From Candidatus Rokuibacteriota bacterium (GTDB taxonomy: Bacteria; Methylomirabilota; Methylomirabilia; Rokubacteriales; CSP1-6), in NCBI GenBank assembly GCA_003221695.1, contig QHSX01000058.1, forward strand, positions 326 through 64,325: 64,000 nt of DNA, read 5' to 3'. Both the position numbers and the translations under genes were made by a program. This document shows positions 1 through 11,445 of the stretch, in pieces (the stretch's first letter is position 1; every line of letters begins with the position of its first letter). The notes under the pieces are model-generated. The model ran no database searches. It was not told where the DNA came from and saw nothing but the letters and a program-made list of their open reading frames with translations.

Positions 1-8
1 CCCTCACG

Positions 9-1337
9 GTGTCCAGGCGAGATCTCGCGCGTCAGCACGTGCTTCGGGCCGCCGCGCGGCAGTTCGCCGAGGGCGACGTCCAGCACTGGTGGCACCCGCC
101 GACGGGCCGCGGCGTTCGGACCCGCATCTCCGACGATCTGCTCTGGCTTCCGTACGTGGTCCTCCGGTATCTCGAGGTCACCGAGGACGCGGGCCTCCTC
201 GCCGAGATCGTTCCGTTCCTCGAGGGTCCGCTCCTCGCCGCCGGGCAGTCCGAGTCGTATTTCGAGCCACGCGTGTCCGGAGAGCGAGGCACGCTGTTCG
301 AACACTGCGCCCGCGCGCTCGACCGCAGTCTGTCGGTCGGGAGCCACGGCCTCCCGTTGATGGGGACCGGGGACTGGAACGACGGGATGAACCTCGTGGG
401 CGCCGAGGGGAAGGGGGAGAGCGTCTGGCTCGGCTGGTTCCTTCAGACGGTCCTGACAGAGTGGGCGGAGCTGGCCGAGGCGCACGGGGAGGGGGAGCGC
501 GCGAAGACGTGGCGCTGCCACGCCGGCGCGCTGAAAGAATCGCTCGAACGAGAGGCCTGGGACGGCGAGTGGTATCGGCGCGCGTACTTCGACGACGGCA
601 CGCCGCTCGGATCCGCGGCCAACGACGTGTGCCGCATCGATTCGATCGCGCAATCGTGGGGCGTGATCTCGGGAGCCGCCGAGGCGGCCCGGGGACGACG
701 CGCCATGGCGGCGGTCGAGGAATACCTCGTCCGCCGGGATGCGGGCCTCGTGTTGCTCCTGGCGCCGCCGTTCGACCGCACCCTCCTGGAGCCCGGCTAC
801 ATCAGCGGGTATCTGCCGGGCGTCCGAGAGAACGGCGGCCAGTACACCCACGCGGCGCTCTGGTCGGTCATCGCTTTCGCCACGCTCGGTGACGGGGACA
901 GGGCCGCCGAGCTCTTCGCGATGCTGAACCCGATCAACCACACCAGCACGGCGGCCGGCATTCACCGCTACAAGGTCGAGCCCTACGTCCTCGCCGGGGA
1001 CGTCTATGCCGAACCCCCGCACGTCGGCCGTGGGGGCTGGACTTGGTACACGGGGTCCGCGGGATGGATGTATCGAGCCGGTCTCGAGTGGATTCTCGGA
1101 TTCCGCTTACGTGGCACACGGCTCGTGGTCGATCCTTGTATCCCGGGTGCGTGGCAGGGCTTCAACATCGCGTTCCGCTATCACTCTGCGCGGTATGACA
1201 TCGTTGTCGAGAACCCGCAGGGCGTGACTCGGGGGGTGTCGTCCGTTGAGGTCGATGGCGTGTCGCACGACGGCCAGGCGAGTATCCCGCTCGCTGATGA
1301 TCAGAAGAGCCACCGGATCCGGATCGTTCTCGGCTAG
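9..1337 (+). CDS. GH94-family glycoside phosphorylase / cyclic beta-1,2-glucan synthase-like catalytic domain, C-terminal part (probably 5'-truncated by the window edge)
   Basis: Conserved GH94 motifs [13 protein letters not shown] and [12 protein letters not shown]. Long ORF running to the window start. Confidence 0.6.
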   Translation: MSRRDLARQHVLRAAARQFAEGDVQHWWHPPTGRGVRTRISDDLLWLPYVVLRYLEVTEDAGLLAEIVPFLEGPLLAAGQSESYFEPRVSGERGTLFEHCARALDRSLSVGSHGLPLMGTGDWNDGMNLVGAEGKGESVWLGWFLQTVLTEWAELAEAHGEGERAKTWRCHAGALKESLEREAWDGEWYRRAYFDDGTPLGSAANDVCRIDSIAQSWGVISGAAEAARGRRAMAAVEEYLVRRDAGLVLLLAPPFDRTLLEPGYISGYLPGVRENGGQYTHAALWSVIAFATLGDGDRAAELFAMLNPINHTSTAAGIHRYKVEPYVLAGDVYAEPPHVGRGGWTWYTGSAGWMYRAGLEWILGFRLRGTRLVVDPCIPGAWQGFNIAFRYHSARYDIVVENPQGVTRGVSSVEVDGVSHDGQASIPLADDQKSHRIRIVLG

Positions 1338-1496
1338 TTCGCCAGTCCAATCAGACCGAAATGTCGCAGCGCCTCTTCGATGGCCCCTCATGTTTTTCAG
1401 GCGGGCAGTGAGGATTACAGGGCGGGTGTTCTATTTCCCGGGGTTATCTTCCCCGGGTGAGCATCGTGCAAGTCTCTAAAAGAAAGAAGAAAAGCG

Positions 1497-1873
1497 CCAG
1501 AGAAGGCCTGTAAGCCGGGTTCTGTTCCCTGAGCTGGGCCCAGGGTGGCGGTCATTTCTCTAGGACGCCGGTTGCCCGGCGCCTCGAGCGGCCTAACCCG
1601 AGAGCACGGGCGGGCGACCCGATAGCTCTCCTATTCGGCCTTGCTCCGGGTGGGGTTTGCCGAGCCGACGCGGTCACCCGCGCCGCTGGTGAGCTCTTAC
1701 CTCACCGTTTCACCCTTACCGCCCTCGCGGACGGCGGTCTTTTTTCTGTGGCACTGGTCCGTGGGGTCTCCCCCCCTGGGCGTTACCCAGCACCCTGCCC
1801 TGTGGAGCCCGGACTTTCCTCCCGCCGCGTTGCCGCGACCGGCGACCGTCCAGCCTTCTCTGGCGCACCGACG
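1497..1873 (-). ncRNA. rnpB: RNase P RNA (bacterial type A)
   Basis: The reverse complement contains the universal GGAAAGTCCGGGCTCCACAGGGCAGGGTGCTGGGTAACGCCCAGGGGG block, GTGAAACGGTGAGGTAAGAGCTCACCAG, and the 3' ACAGAACCCGGCTTACAGGCC closing a long P1 helix with the 5' AGAAGGCTGG. Confidence 0.9.
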
Positions 1874-1903
1874 AGTATACCGCGCGTGAGCGTCTTGCAC
1901 CGC

Positions 1904-2368
1904 TCAGCGCGTCTGGATCGCGTCACGAGCGAGCTGGTCCACCCGCTCGTTCAGCGGATCACCGCTGTGGCCGCGCACCTTGTGCCAGACGACGTCGTGG
2001 CGTCGGCTCTCGGCGAGCAGCCGCTCCCAGAGATCCCGGTTGGCGACGGGCTGCTTCTGCCGGTTCTTCCAGCCGGTCTTCTCCCAGCGCTCCCACCAAC
2101 GCTCGCGGAAGCAATTCACGATGTAGGCGCTGTCCGAGTAGAGGTGGACGCGCCGCCGCCCGGGGATCGCGGCGAGCCCCTCGACAGCGGCGGCGAGCTC
2201 CATGCGCTGGTTCGTCGTGTGCGGCTCGGCGCCGCTGACGACACGCTCCTCGCCGGCGTCGAGGATGATCGCCGCCCAGCCACCGGGCCCCGGGTTTCCG
2301 GTGCAGGCGCCGTCGGTGTAGAGGATGACGTCGGGAGGGGACGCTCGCCTGGCCGGAGGAGCGGTCAG
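1904..2368 (-). CDS. rnhA: Ribonuclease HI. The start codon is unresolved and may be non-canonical.
   Basis: The in-frame translation upstream of the tracked ORF reads DVILYTDGACTGNPGPGGWAAIILD...HTTNQRMELAAAVEGL...VWHKVRGHSGDPLNERVDQLA (RNase H fold motifs). No ATG/GTG/TTG lies between the upstream stop and the conserved N-terminus. A CTG preceded by AGGAA sits near 2368. Confidence 0.75.
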   Translation of the reverse strand: MTAPPARRASPPDVILYTDGACTGNPGPGGWAAIILDAGEERVVSGAEPHTTNQRMELAAAVEGLAAIPGRRRVHLYSDSAYIVNCFRERWWERWEKTGWKNRQKQPVANRDLWERLLAESRRHDVVWHKVRGHSGDPLNERVDQLARDAIQTR

Positions 2369-3090
2369 GCCGATTCCTGCCAGTAGAGGTAGCGGCCGCA
2401 GCTCTCACAGACCATGAGGCGGCTCGCGGCCTTCAGCTCCTGGATCGCCTGAGGGCGGATCGCGACCCGGCAGCCGCCGCAGATGGCGGAGGTCGTCACG
2501 ACGGCGACGGCGACGCCGCCGCGCGCCCGTAGGATCTTCTCGTAGTCGACGAGGAGGGACTTCGGGATCTCGCGCGCCCGCGACTCGCGCTCACCGCGCA
2601 CGCCGGCCAGCTCTTGCTCGACGGCGGCGAGCTTTTTCCGGACCACCGCCTCGTTTTGCCGCGCCTCGGCCTCGCTCCCCTTGAGCCGCGCCTCGGAGTC
2701 TCGGATGTCCACCGCGAGGCGCTCCTGGAGCTCCATGACGGCGAGGATCTCCTCCTCGGCCTTCGCCTTCTCCTGTTTGATCGCCTCGATCTCGGCGAGC
2801 ACCGCGGAGTACTCGGTGTTGTTCTTCACTTCCCAGAGCCGCGCCTCGGCACGGGTGCGCTTGGCGGTGATGACCTCCAGGTCCTTCTCCTTCGTACGCA
2901 GATCCTTCTTCGCGGTGTCGGCCTTCGCGCGCAGCGTCTCGACGGTCTTCTTCGCCTCGGCGAGGGCGGCGTGGATGGCGTCAATCTGTTTCGGCAGGCG
3001 GGCGGCATCGGCCTCGAGCGCGGCGATCCGCGTGTCGAGGCCCTGCAGGTCGATCAGCGCAAGCAGCTGTGAATCCACGACACCTCCCAA
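2365..3090 (-). CDS. Coiled-coil protein with a C-terminal C4 zinc ribbon (COG1579/DUF164-like)
   Basis: Long heptad-rich N-terminus followed by CGGCRVAIRPQ...CESCGRYLYW. Lies immediately upstream of rnhA/rnpB. Confidence 0.65.
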   Translation of the reverse strand: MGGVVDSQLLALIDLQGLDTRIAALEADAARLPKQIDAIHAALAEAKKTVETLRAKADTAKKDLRTKEKDLEVITAKRTRAEARLWEVKNNTEYSAVLAEIEAIKQEKAKAEEEILAVMELQERLAVDIRDSEARLKGSEAEARQNEAVVRKKLAAVEQELAGVRGERESRAREIPKSLLVDYEKILRARGGVAVAVVTTSAICGGCRVAIRPQAIQELKAASRLMVCESCGRYLYWQESA

Positions 3091-3100
3091 CGCGCAGCGG

Positions 3101-3172
3101 TGGGCCCACCTGGACTCGAACCAAGATCTAACCGGTTATGAGCCGGCTGCTCTGCCATTGAGCTATGGGCCC
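3101..3172 (-). tRNA. tRNA with anticodon CAT (elongator Met, or tRNA-Ile2 read as lysidine-CAU)
   Basis: Cloverleaf GGGCCCA/TGGGCCC acceptor, GCTC..GAGC D-arm, GCCGG-CTCATAA-CCGGT anticodon arm, GGTTCGAGTCC T-loop. C4:G69 and C5:G68 in the acceptor stem, and its position right after rpoD (as E. coli ileX), favour Ile2. It is not an initiator (no 3 G-C pairs in the anticodon stem). Confidence 0.85.
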
Positions 3173-3191
3173 TCGGCGCCATCATACCGGG

Positions 3192-5034
<1,843 letters not shown>

Positions 5035-5042
<8 letters not shown>

Positions 5043-6909
5043 GCGTCTCTGCTCCTTCGGACCCTGGAGTCCTCGGTTCGAGCGACTGAGCGACACCCCC
5101 GGTGATCTCGTAAACCACCGCGGTCTCCTGGTGGAGCATGCGAAGCTCTTCGTGCAGCGGCGGCGCCGCCGCGCCGGTCTTGGCCTGGACGTCGGCGATG
5201 GACTGGCTCACCTCACGCGCGCGCCGGAGCCGCTGGCTGCGCTCGAGGCGTCTCCTGAACTGTTCAATGCTAACCCGAACGTCAACCTCCGCGCGCTCTT
5301 CGACGAGGAGGGCGGCCAGGACCCCCCGTGCCTCGTCGGTGGCGAGGTCGGTCATCAGGCTCTCCGCCGGGACGGAGGGCCGCAGACGGAGGGCCGCGAC
5401 GATCGTCCGGAAGGGAGCGTGGGCGAGGTCCTCGGCCTCCACGATCATGGGCAGGAGCACCTCTCGGGCCTCGGTCGAGTTGAGCAGGAGTACCACCAGG
5501 TCGCGCTCCACGGACGGAGGCGTCGTGGCCGGCGTCGACGGGTGCGTCGTGACGGGGCGGCGCAGCGCCGTCTGCAGGCGCTGGGCCTCAATCCAGAGCT
5601 GCGTGGCGTCCACGCCGAGCTTCTGGGCGGCCTCGCGCGAGAGCTGCGCCGCCTCCTGGGCGTCGCCGACCTTCGCCAGCATCAGCGCCGCGCGGGCGAA
5701 CGCGCTGGTCCGCGCGCGCGGACCCGTGGCGCCCTCCGGGTCGGCGATCGCGCGGTCGAGGGCGTAGGAGAGGAGGCTCCGCGCCGCCCCGATCCGCTCC
5801 TCGAAGGCGGCGGCGCCGCTCGTTCGTAGAAAGGTGTCGGGGTCGTGGCCCGCCGGCAGGAGCGCGACGCGCAGCCGCAGCGCCCCCGAGGACTCGAGGG
5901 CGCCGGTGCGGTTGACGGCCCACGCCATGCTCGAGCCCGTGGGCTCGAGCAGCTCCTCGGCGCGCTCCGCCGCCCGGCTCCCGGCCGCGTCGGCGTCGAA
6001 GAACAGGATCGCGTCGTCGCAGTAGCGCTTGAGGAGGCCGAGCTGCGCCGGGGTGAAGGCCGTGCCCAGCGCCGCGACCGTCTCGGTGAAGCCGTGCTGG
6101 TGGGCCATGAGGCAGTCCACGTAGCCTTCGACCAGCAACGCGCGGTTCTTCGCCTGGATCGCAGGGCGTGCGAGGTCGGCGGCGTAGAGCAGGTTGCCCT
6201 TGACGTAGAGCGACGTCTCGGGCGAGTTGAGGTACTTGGGTTGCTCGTCGCCGAAGGCGCGACCGCCGAACGCGACGACGCGGCCCTGGAGATCGCGGAT
6301 CGCGAAAAGGAGGCGCCCCCGGAAGCGATCGTAGACACTCGCCCGACCCTCGCGCGGGATCGCGAGCCCCGCGGCGACGAGCGCGTCGTCCGTGACTTTC
6401 TCGGACCGCATGAAGCTCTGGAGCCCTTCCCATCCCTCGGGTGCCAGCCCCAAGCCGAAGCGGCGCGCCACCTCCGGATCGATCCCGCGCTGGGCCAGGT
6501 ACTGCCGTGCCTGCTCGCCCTCGGGCTTCCAGAGCTTGTCCACGTAGAAGCGCCAGGCGAGCTCCATCGTGCGCAGGAGCTCCTCGCGGCCACGCTCGCC
6601 CGCAGAGCCGCGCTCCTCGGGGAGCGCCACGCCCGCCTGCTTGGCGAGAGCGCGCACGGCCTCGGGAAACGAGAGCTTGTCCTGGCGCATCAGGAAGCCG
6701 AAGGCGTCGCCGCCGACGCCGCAGCCGAAGCAGTGGAAGATCCCCTTCTTCGGATTGACCATGAACGAGGGGGTCTTCTCCATGTGGAAGGGGCAGAGGC
6801 CCTTCCAGTTCTGGCCGGCCTTGCGCAGATTCACGAACCGGCTGACGAGGTCGACGACATCGACCGCCGTGCGGATCTCGTCGAGCACCGCCTGCGAATA
6901 CGACGCCAT
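5035..6909 (-). CDS. dnaG: DNA primase DnaG
   Basis: CHC2 zinc finger [36 protein letters not shown] and a TOPRIM region. Classic position upstream of rpoD. Confidence 0.95.
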
Positions 6910-6911
6910 GC

Positions 6912-9266
6912 TCAGCTCACCCTCAACGCGGCCACCGTGGCCCCGGGACCGCCCTCTGCGGGTTCCCCGTCCCGGAAGGAGTCGACGAGCGGGTGGGCGG
7001 TGAGGAGGTCGCGCACCGCCTTGCGAAGGGCGCCCGAGCCCTTGCCGTGAATCAGTCGGACGCTCGGCAGGCCCGCGAGGAACGCGTCGTCCAGATACTT
7101 CTCGACGATGTCGCGCGCCTCGTCCGTCGTGCGCCCGAGCAGCAGGAGCTCGGGTGCGATTTCGCGGGGGGGCGGGGCAGGCTCCTTTGCTCGGGACCCC
7201 ACTCGCACGGAGGGCACCCCCGCCCCCGGCTCGCTCTCACCGTCCCCTCCCACCGGGCGGAGCGCCTGAAGAGGCACGCGGATCGTGAGCGAACCAGACC
7301 TGACCGTCGCAGTACTTCCGGAGATAGTCAGCAGTTTTCCACGAATGCCGAGGTGCTCCGCCGCCACGGTCTGACCCGGCTCGAGCGCCCGCGGCCGATC
7401 GCCGTGGGCCGGCGCCGCGGCCGGCGCAACCGCCTCCACGCGAGCCGCGACCTCACGCAGGCGCTGGCGGCCTTCCTCGAGCGTGTGGCGGGTGCGCTCG
7501 GCACGCTTGAGCCGTTCCCACTCGGCGGCGACGGCCCGGCGGACGTCGGTCAGGAGCGCTGCCGCCTCCGCCTTCGCCCGCTCGACGATCGTCCGCGCCT
7601 TTGCCTCGGCCGCCGTCGCGGTTTCGTGCGCCTTGGCGAGATGCACCGCGGCGTCCGTCCGCGCCCGCTCGATCTCGCGCGCACGCTCGGCCTCGGTGCG
7701 CGCGTGGGCATCGAGCGTCGTCAGGAGGTCCGCAAGGCGCGCGGCGTGCTCGGAGCGATGCGCCTGGGCCCGCGCGATCAGCTCGGGTGGGAGGCCGAGC
7801 CGCGCCGCGATGGTCAGCGCGTAGCTCTGGCCGGGCTGGTCGTAGCGGAGGCGGAAGGTCGGGGCGAGCGTCGTCGCGTCGAACTCCACCGAGGCGTTGC
7901 GTGTGCGCGGGTGCGTGGAGGCGAAGGCCTTGAGCGGCTCGAGGTGGGTCGTCGCGATCACGAGCGCTCCCCGCTCGGCGAGCTCCTCGAGAATCGCCTG
8001 GGCGAGCGCGGCCCCCTCGTCGGGGTCGGTCCCCGCGCCCAGCTCGTCGAGGAGCACGAGCGAGCGCTCGCCGGCCCGGTCGAGCACCTCGCGGATCTGC
8101 TTCACGAACGCCGAGAAGGTCGAGAGGTTCTCCGCGACTGACTGATCGTCGCCGACGATGGCGAAGAGGTCGGTGACGATCGGCAGCCGCGAGCCCTCCG
8201 CGGCGGGGATGTGACAGCCCGTCTGGGCCATCAGCGTGAGCAGCGCCGCCGTCTTCAGCGCGATCGTCTTGCCGCCCGCGTTCGGGCCCGTGATCAGGAG
8301 CAGGGGGCGCTCGGCGGAGAGCTCGATGTCGACCGGAACGACCGGCCGCTCGGGGTCCTTCCAGCCCTGGGCGAGGAGGAGGGGGTGACGGGCGCTCTTG
8401 AGCGACAGGGTGCGCCCGCGGTCGATCTCGGGCTCGATCGCCTCCATGCGATCCGCGGCCTCTCCCCGGGTGAAGATCCAGTCGAGCCGGCCGACGCTCG
8501 CGACCATTCGCTCGAGGTCGTCGATCCGCTCGCGGACCGCGTCGGTCAGCTCGGCCAGGATGCGGGCGGTCTCCTGCTCCTCCTCGCGCATCGTCTGGAC
8601 GAGGTCGTTGTTGGCCTCGACGACGGTCTCGGGCTCGACGAAGAGGGTCTGGGCGCTCTGCGAGCGGTCGTGGACGATGCCGCGGACGCGACCCCGTGCT
8701 TCCGCCCGAACGGGGAGGACATAGCGCCCGTGGCGGATCGTGACGTATCGGTCGGCGAAGATCCGTTCGGCGTCCGGGTTCTGGAAGGCGCGCTCGAGCT
8801 CGGCGGTGACCCGGCGCCGCCGCTCACGGATCTCGCGGCGCAGATGACGGATCCGGGGGCTCGCGTCGTCCGTGACCGCGCCGTCGGCGTCGAGCGACCG
8901 GCCGAGTCGGTCGGCCAGCTCGTGGAAACGGGGGAGCGAGGCGATGATGGCCGTCACCTCGGGAGCGACGGCCTCGACCGATGTGCCATAGGCCTCGAGC
9001 CTCGGGATCGCCAGGAGCGCCGGCACCAGCCGGACCAAGTCGGCGCCGTCGAGGACGCTCCCGATCGTCCGGCAGTGATCGAGCGCCGGTCGGATGTCGG
9101 GGAAGCCGTCGAGCGGGAGAGAACCGGACGTCGCGCGCGCCAGCCGTGCCTGGCGCGTCAGCTGGAGCTCGGTGCAGACCTCAGAAGGATCGGTGAGCGG
9201 CTCGACCGTCGCCGCGAGCTCGCGGCCCATTTCGGTCTGCGCTTCATCGGCCAGGAGGGCGCGCAC
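6912..9266 (-). CDS. mutS2: Endonuclease MutS2 (MutS domain V ATPase plus C-terminal Smr domain)
   Basis: Walker A ITGPNAGGKTIALKT. C-terminal Smr LLLGRTTDEARDIVEKYLDDAFLAGLPSVRLIHGKGSGALRKAV. No mismatch-binding domain I. Confidence 0.9.
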   Translation of the reverse strand: MRALLADEAQTEMGRELAATVEPLTDPSEVCTELQLTRQARLARATSGSLPLDGFPDIRPALDHCRTIGSVLDGADLVRLVPALLAIPRLEAYGTSVEAVAPEVTAIIASLPRFHELADRLGRSLDADGAVTDDASPRIRHLRREIRERRRRVTAELERAFQNPDAERIFADRYVTIRHGRYVLPVRAEARGRVRGIVHDRSQSAQTLFVEPETVVEANNDLVQTMREEEQETARILAELTDAVRERIDDLERMVASVGRLDWIFTRGEAADRMEAIEPEIDRGRTLSLKSARHPLLLAQGWKDPERPVVPVDIELSAERPLLLITGPNAGGKTIALKTAALLTLMAQTGCHIPAAEGSRLPIVTDLFAIVGDDQSVAENLSTFSAFVKQIREVLDRAGERSLVLLDELGAGTDPDEGAALAQAILEELAERGALVIATTHLEPLKAFASTHPRTRNASVEFDATTLAPTFRLRYDQPGQSYALTIAARLGLPPELIARAQAHRSEHAARLADLLTTLDAHARTEAERAREIERARTDAAVHLAKAHETATAAEAKARTIVERAKAEAAALLTDVRRAVAAEWERLKRAERTRHTLEEGRQRLREVAARVEAVAPAAAPAHGDRPRALEPGQTVAAEHLGIRGKLLTISGSTATVRSGSLTIRVPLQALRPVGGDGESEPGAGVPSVRVGSRAKEPAPPPREIAPELLLLGRTTDEARDIVEKYLDDAFLAGLPSVRLIHGKGSGALRKAVRDLLTAHPLVDSFRDGEPAEGGPGATVAALRVS

Positions 9267-9315
9267 CGCGTTCCACTCGGTGGACCGCTCCCAGGTGTGG
9301 CCAGGCGTGTAGCGG

Positions 9316-9510
9316 CTAATCGGCCATCCGCTCCCGGCGCTTGGCTTTCTTGCGGGCGGCGAGCGCCTTCCGCTTGCGCCGGACGCTGGGCTTCTCGTAG
9401 TGCTGTCGCTTCTTGAACTCCGAAAGGAGCCCGGCCTTCTCGCACTGCTTCTTGAATCGCTTGAGCGCGCTCTCGAAGGATTCGTCGGGCTCTACGATGA
9501 CCTTGGTCAC
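9316..9510 (-). CDS. rpsU: 30S ribosomal protein S21
   Basis: [60 protein letters not shown]. Probable GTG start; the tracked ORF has a spurious 21-aa N-terminal extension. Confidence 0.85.
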   Translation of the reverse strand: MTKVIVEPDESFESALKRFKKQCEKAGLLSEFKKRQHYEKPSVRRKRKALAARKKAKRRERMAD

Positions 9511-9642
9511 ACCGCTCCCCCCTCCGGAACCCGCACCGCTGGATAAACACCAACTATATATCACGCGCCCCACCCTCCAGCAATCGAGCCGGGGCTGTTA
9601 CACTAGGCAGGCCGACATTCCCGTCCCGGGAGACGCCAGGCC

Positions 9643-10887
9643 GTGACGAGCGCCGCCCCTTTGCCCGTCTACACCGTGGTCCCGTTCGTCGTCATGGTGC
9701 TCGGCATCGCGGTCCTTCCCCTCGCCGCTTCGCACTGGTGGGAGCCGAACCGCAACAAGCTCCTCGTTTCGATCGTGCTCGGGCTGCCGGTGCTCGTCCT
9801 GTACGTCGTCCGGGAGCCGTCGGCCCTCGTCCACATGGCGGAGGAGTACGTCTCGTTCATCGTCCTCCTCGCCGCCCTCTACGTGATCTCCGGCGGGATC
9901 CTCATGCGGGGCGACCTGCTTGCGACGCCGCTGGTGAACTCTGCATTCCTCGCGACGGGCTCCGTCCTGGCGTCGTTCATCGGCACGACCGGCGCCTCGA
10001 TGCTCTTGATCCGCGCGCTCCTCCAGACCAATCGCGAGCGCACGCGTGTCAGGCACACGGTCATCTTCTTCATCTTCCTCGTCTCGAACATCGGCGGCAT
10101 GCTGACGCCCCTCGGCGATCCGCCCCTCTTCCTCGGGTATCTGCAGGGCGTGCCTTTTGCCTGGACCTTCAGGCTGTGGCCGCACTGGCTCCTGATGGTC
10201 GGCGTGCTGCTCCTGACGTATTTCGTGTGGGACACGTTCCTCTACACGCGCGAGCCCCTGGCGGCGATCCGCCGCGACCGGGCGCGGATCGAGCCGCTCC
10301 GGGTGCGCGGCGCGCTGAACACCCTCGGCCTTGCCGGCGTGGTGCTCGCGGTCGCCTTTCTCGGCGCGCCCGCCCGCGAAGCCGTCATGGTGGCGCTGGC
10401 GGCCGTCTCGCTCTGGTGGACGCCCCGCGAGATCCGCCGCGCAAACGGCTTCACCTCCTACCCGATCGTGGAGGTCGCGGTCCTCTTCTTCGGCATCTTC
10501 CTCACGATGATCCCCGCGCTCGAGCTCTTGCGACTCCGGGGTGGCGAGCTCGGCGTGCGCGCGCCCTGGCAGTTCTTCTGGGCGACCGGCGTGCTCTCGT
10601 CCTTTCTCGACAACGCCCCGACCTACCTGACGTTCCTCGCGCTGGGTCAGGGCCTGGGCCTCGCGCGGGAGGTGGCGGACGTCCCCCACACGCACCTGAC
10701 GGCGATCAGCGTGGGGGCGGTCGCGATGGGCGCCAACTCGTACATCGGCAACGCGCCCAATTTCATGGTGAAGTCGATCGCCGAGGAGCAGGGTGTGAAG
10801 ATGCCGAGCTTCATCGGCTACATGCTCTACAGTGGCCTGATCCTCTTGCCGCTCTTCGCCGTCGTGACGCTGATCTTCTTCCGCTAG
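9643..10887 (+). CDS. Polytopic membrane transporter, ArsB/NhaD-superfamily-like ion permease
   Basis: 414 aa with roughly 10-12 hydrophobic segments. Divergent from rpsU. Confidence 0.45.
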   Translation: MTSAAPLPVYTVVPFVVMVLGIAVLPLAASHWWEPNRNKLLVSIVLGLPVLVLYVVREPSALVHMAEEYVSFIVLLAALYVISGGILMRGDLLATPLVNSAFLATGSVLASFIGTTGASMLLIRALLQTNRERTRVRHTVIFFIFLVSNIGGMLTPLGDPPLFLGYLQGVPFAWTFRLWPHWLLMVGVLLLTYFVWDTFLYTREPLAAIRRDRARIEPLRVRGALNTLGLAGVVLAVAFLGAPAREAVMVALAAVSLWWTPREIRRANGFTSYPIVEVAVLFFGIFLTMIPALELLRLRGGELGVRAPWQFFWATGVLSSFLDNAPTYLTFLALGQGLGLAREVADVPHTHLTAISVGAVAMGANSYIGNAPNFMVKSIAEEQGVKMPSFIGYMLYSGLILLPLFAVVTLIFFR

Positions 10888-10905
10888 CGCCAGCGTCGCG
10901 GCGCC

Positions 10906-11430
10906 CTACCGGAGGAGGGCGAGCACGCGCTCCGCCGCCACGGCGACTGCCGCGTCGATCACGGGCAGCTCGTCCTGCGCGAACCCGGCGAGCACGTGAT
11001 CGACGACGTCCGCCTTCTGGTCTGGACGCCCGATGCCCACCTTGACGCGACGGATGTCCGAGGTGCCGAGCGCCTCGATGACCGAGCGCACGCCGTTGTG
11101 ACCGCCGTGGCTGCCCTTCATGCGCGTGCGGACCGCGCCGAGCGGGAGGTCGATGTCGTCGTAGACCAGGACGAGGTCGGCCGGCCCGGCGCCGAGGCGC
11201 TGGAGCGACCGGGCGACCACGGGACCGGACTGGTTCATGAACGCGAGGGGCTTTACGAGGTGGACGGTCTGGCCCCGCCACTGGCCGTGGGCCACGAGGG
11301 CCTGGCCCTCCCGGTGCCACGGGCGCTTGAGCATCTGGGCGAGGAGATCGAGGACCCGCTGGCCTACGTTGTGGCGGGTGTCCCGGTACTCCGCCCCGGG
11401 ATTCCCGAGCCCCACCACCGCGTGGGCCAC
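10906..11430 (-). CDS. pth: Peptidyl-tRNA hydrolase
   Basis: MAHAVVGLGNPGAEYRDTRHNVGQ...GHNGVRSV. Syntenic with rplY and prs. Confidence 0.9.
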   Translation of the reverse strand: MAHAVVGLGNPGAEYRDTRHNVGQRVLDLLAQMLKRPWHREGQALVAHGQWRGQTVHLVKPLAFMNQSGPVVARSLQRLGAGPADLVLVYDDIDLPLGAVRTRMKGSHGGHNGVRSVIEALGTSDIRRVKVGIGRPDQKADVVDHVLAGFAQDELPVIDAAVAVAAERVLALLR

Positions 11431-11445
11431 GCGGGTCCGGCTCCG

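Noticed and set aside
1436-1458. Hairpin CCCGGGG-TTATCTT-CCCCGGG as an intrinsic terminator for the GH94 gene or rnpB
   Set aside because: It has no U-tract on either transcribed strand after the stem. On the rnpB strand the pyrimidine run precedes the hairpin. It is kept only as a possible processing or structure element.
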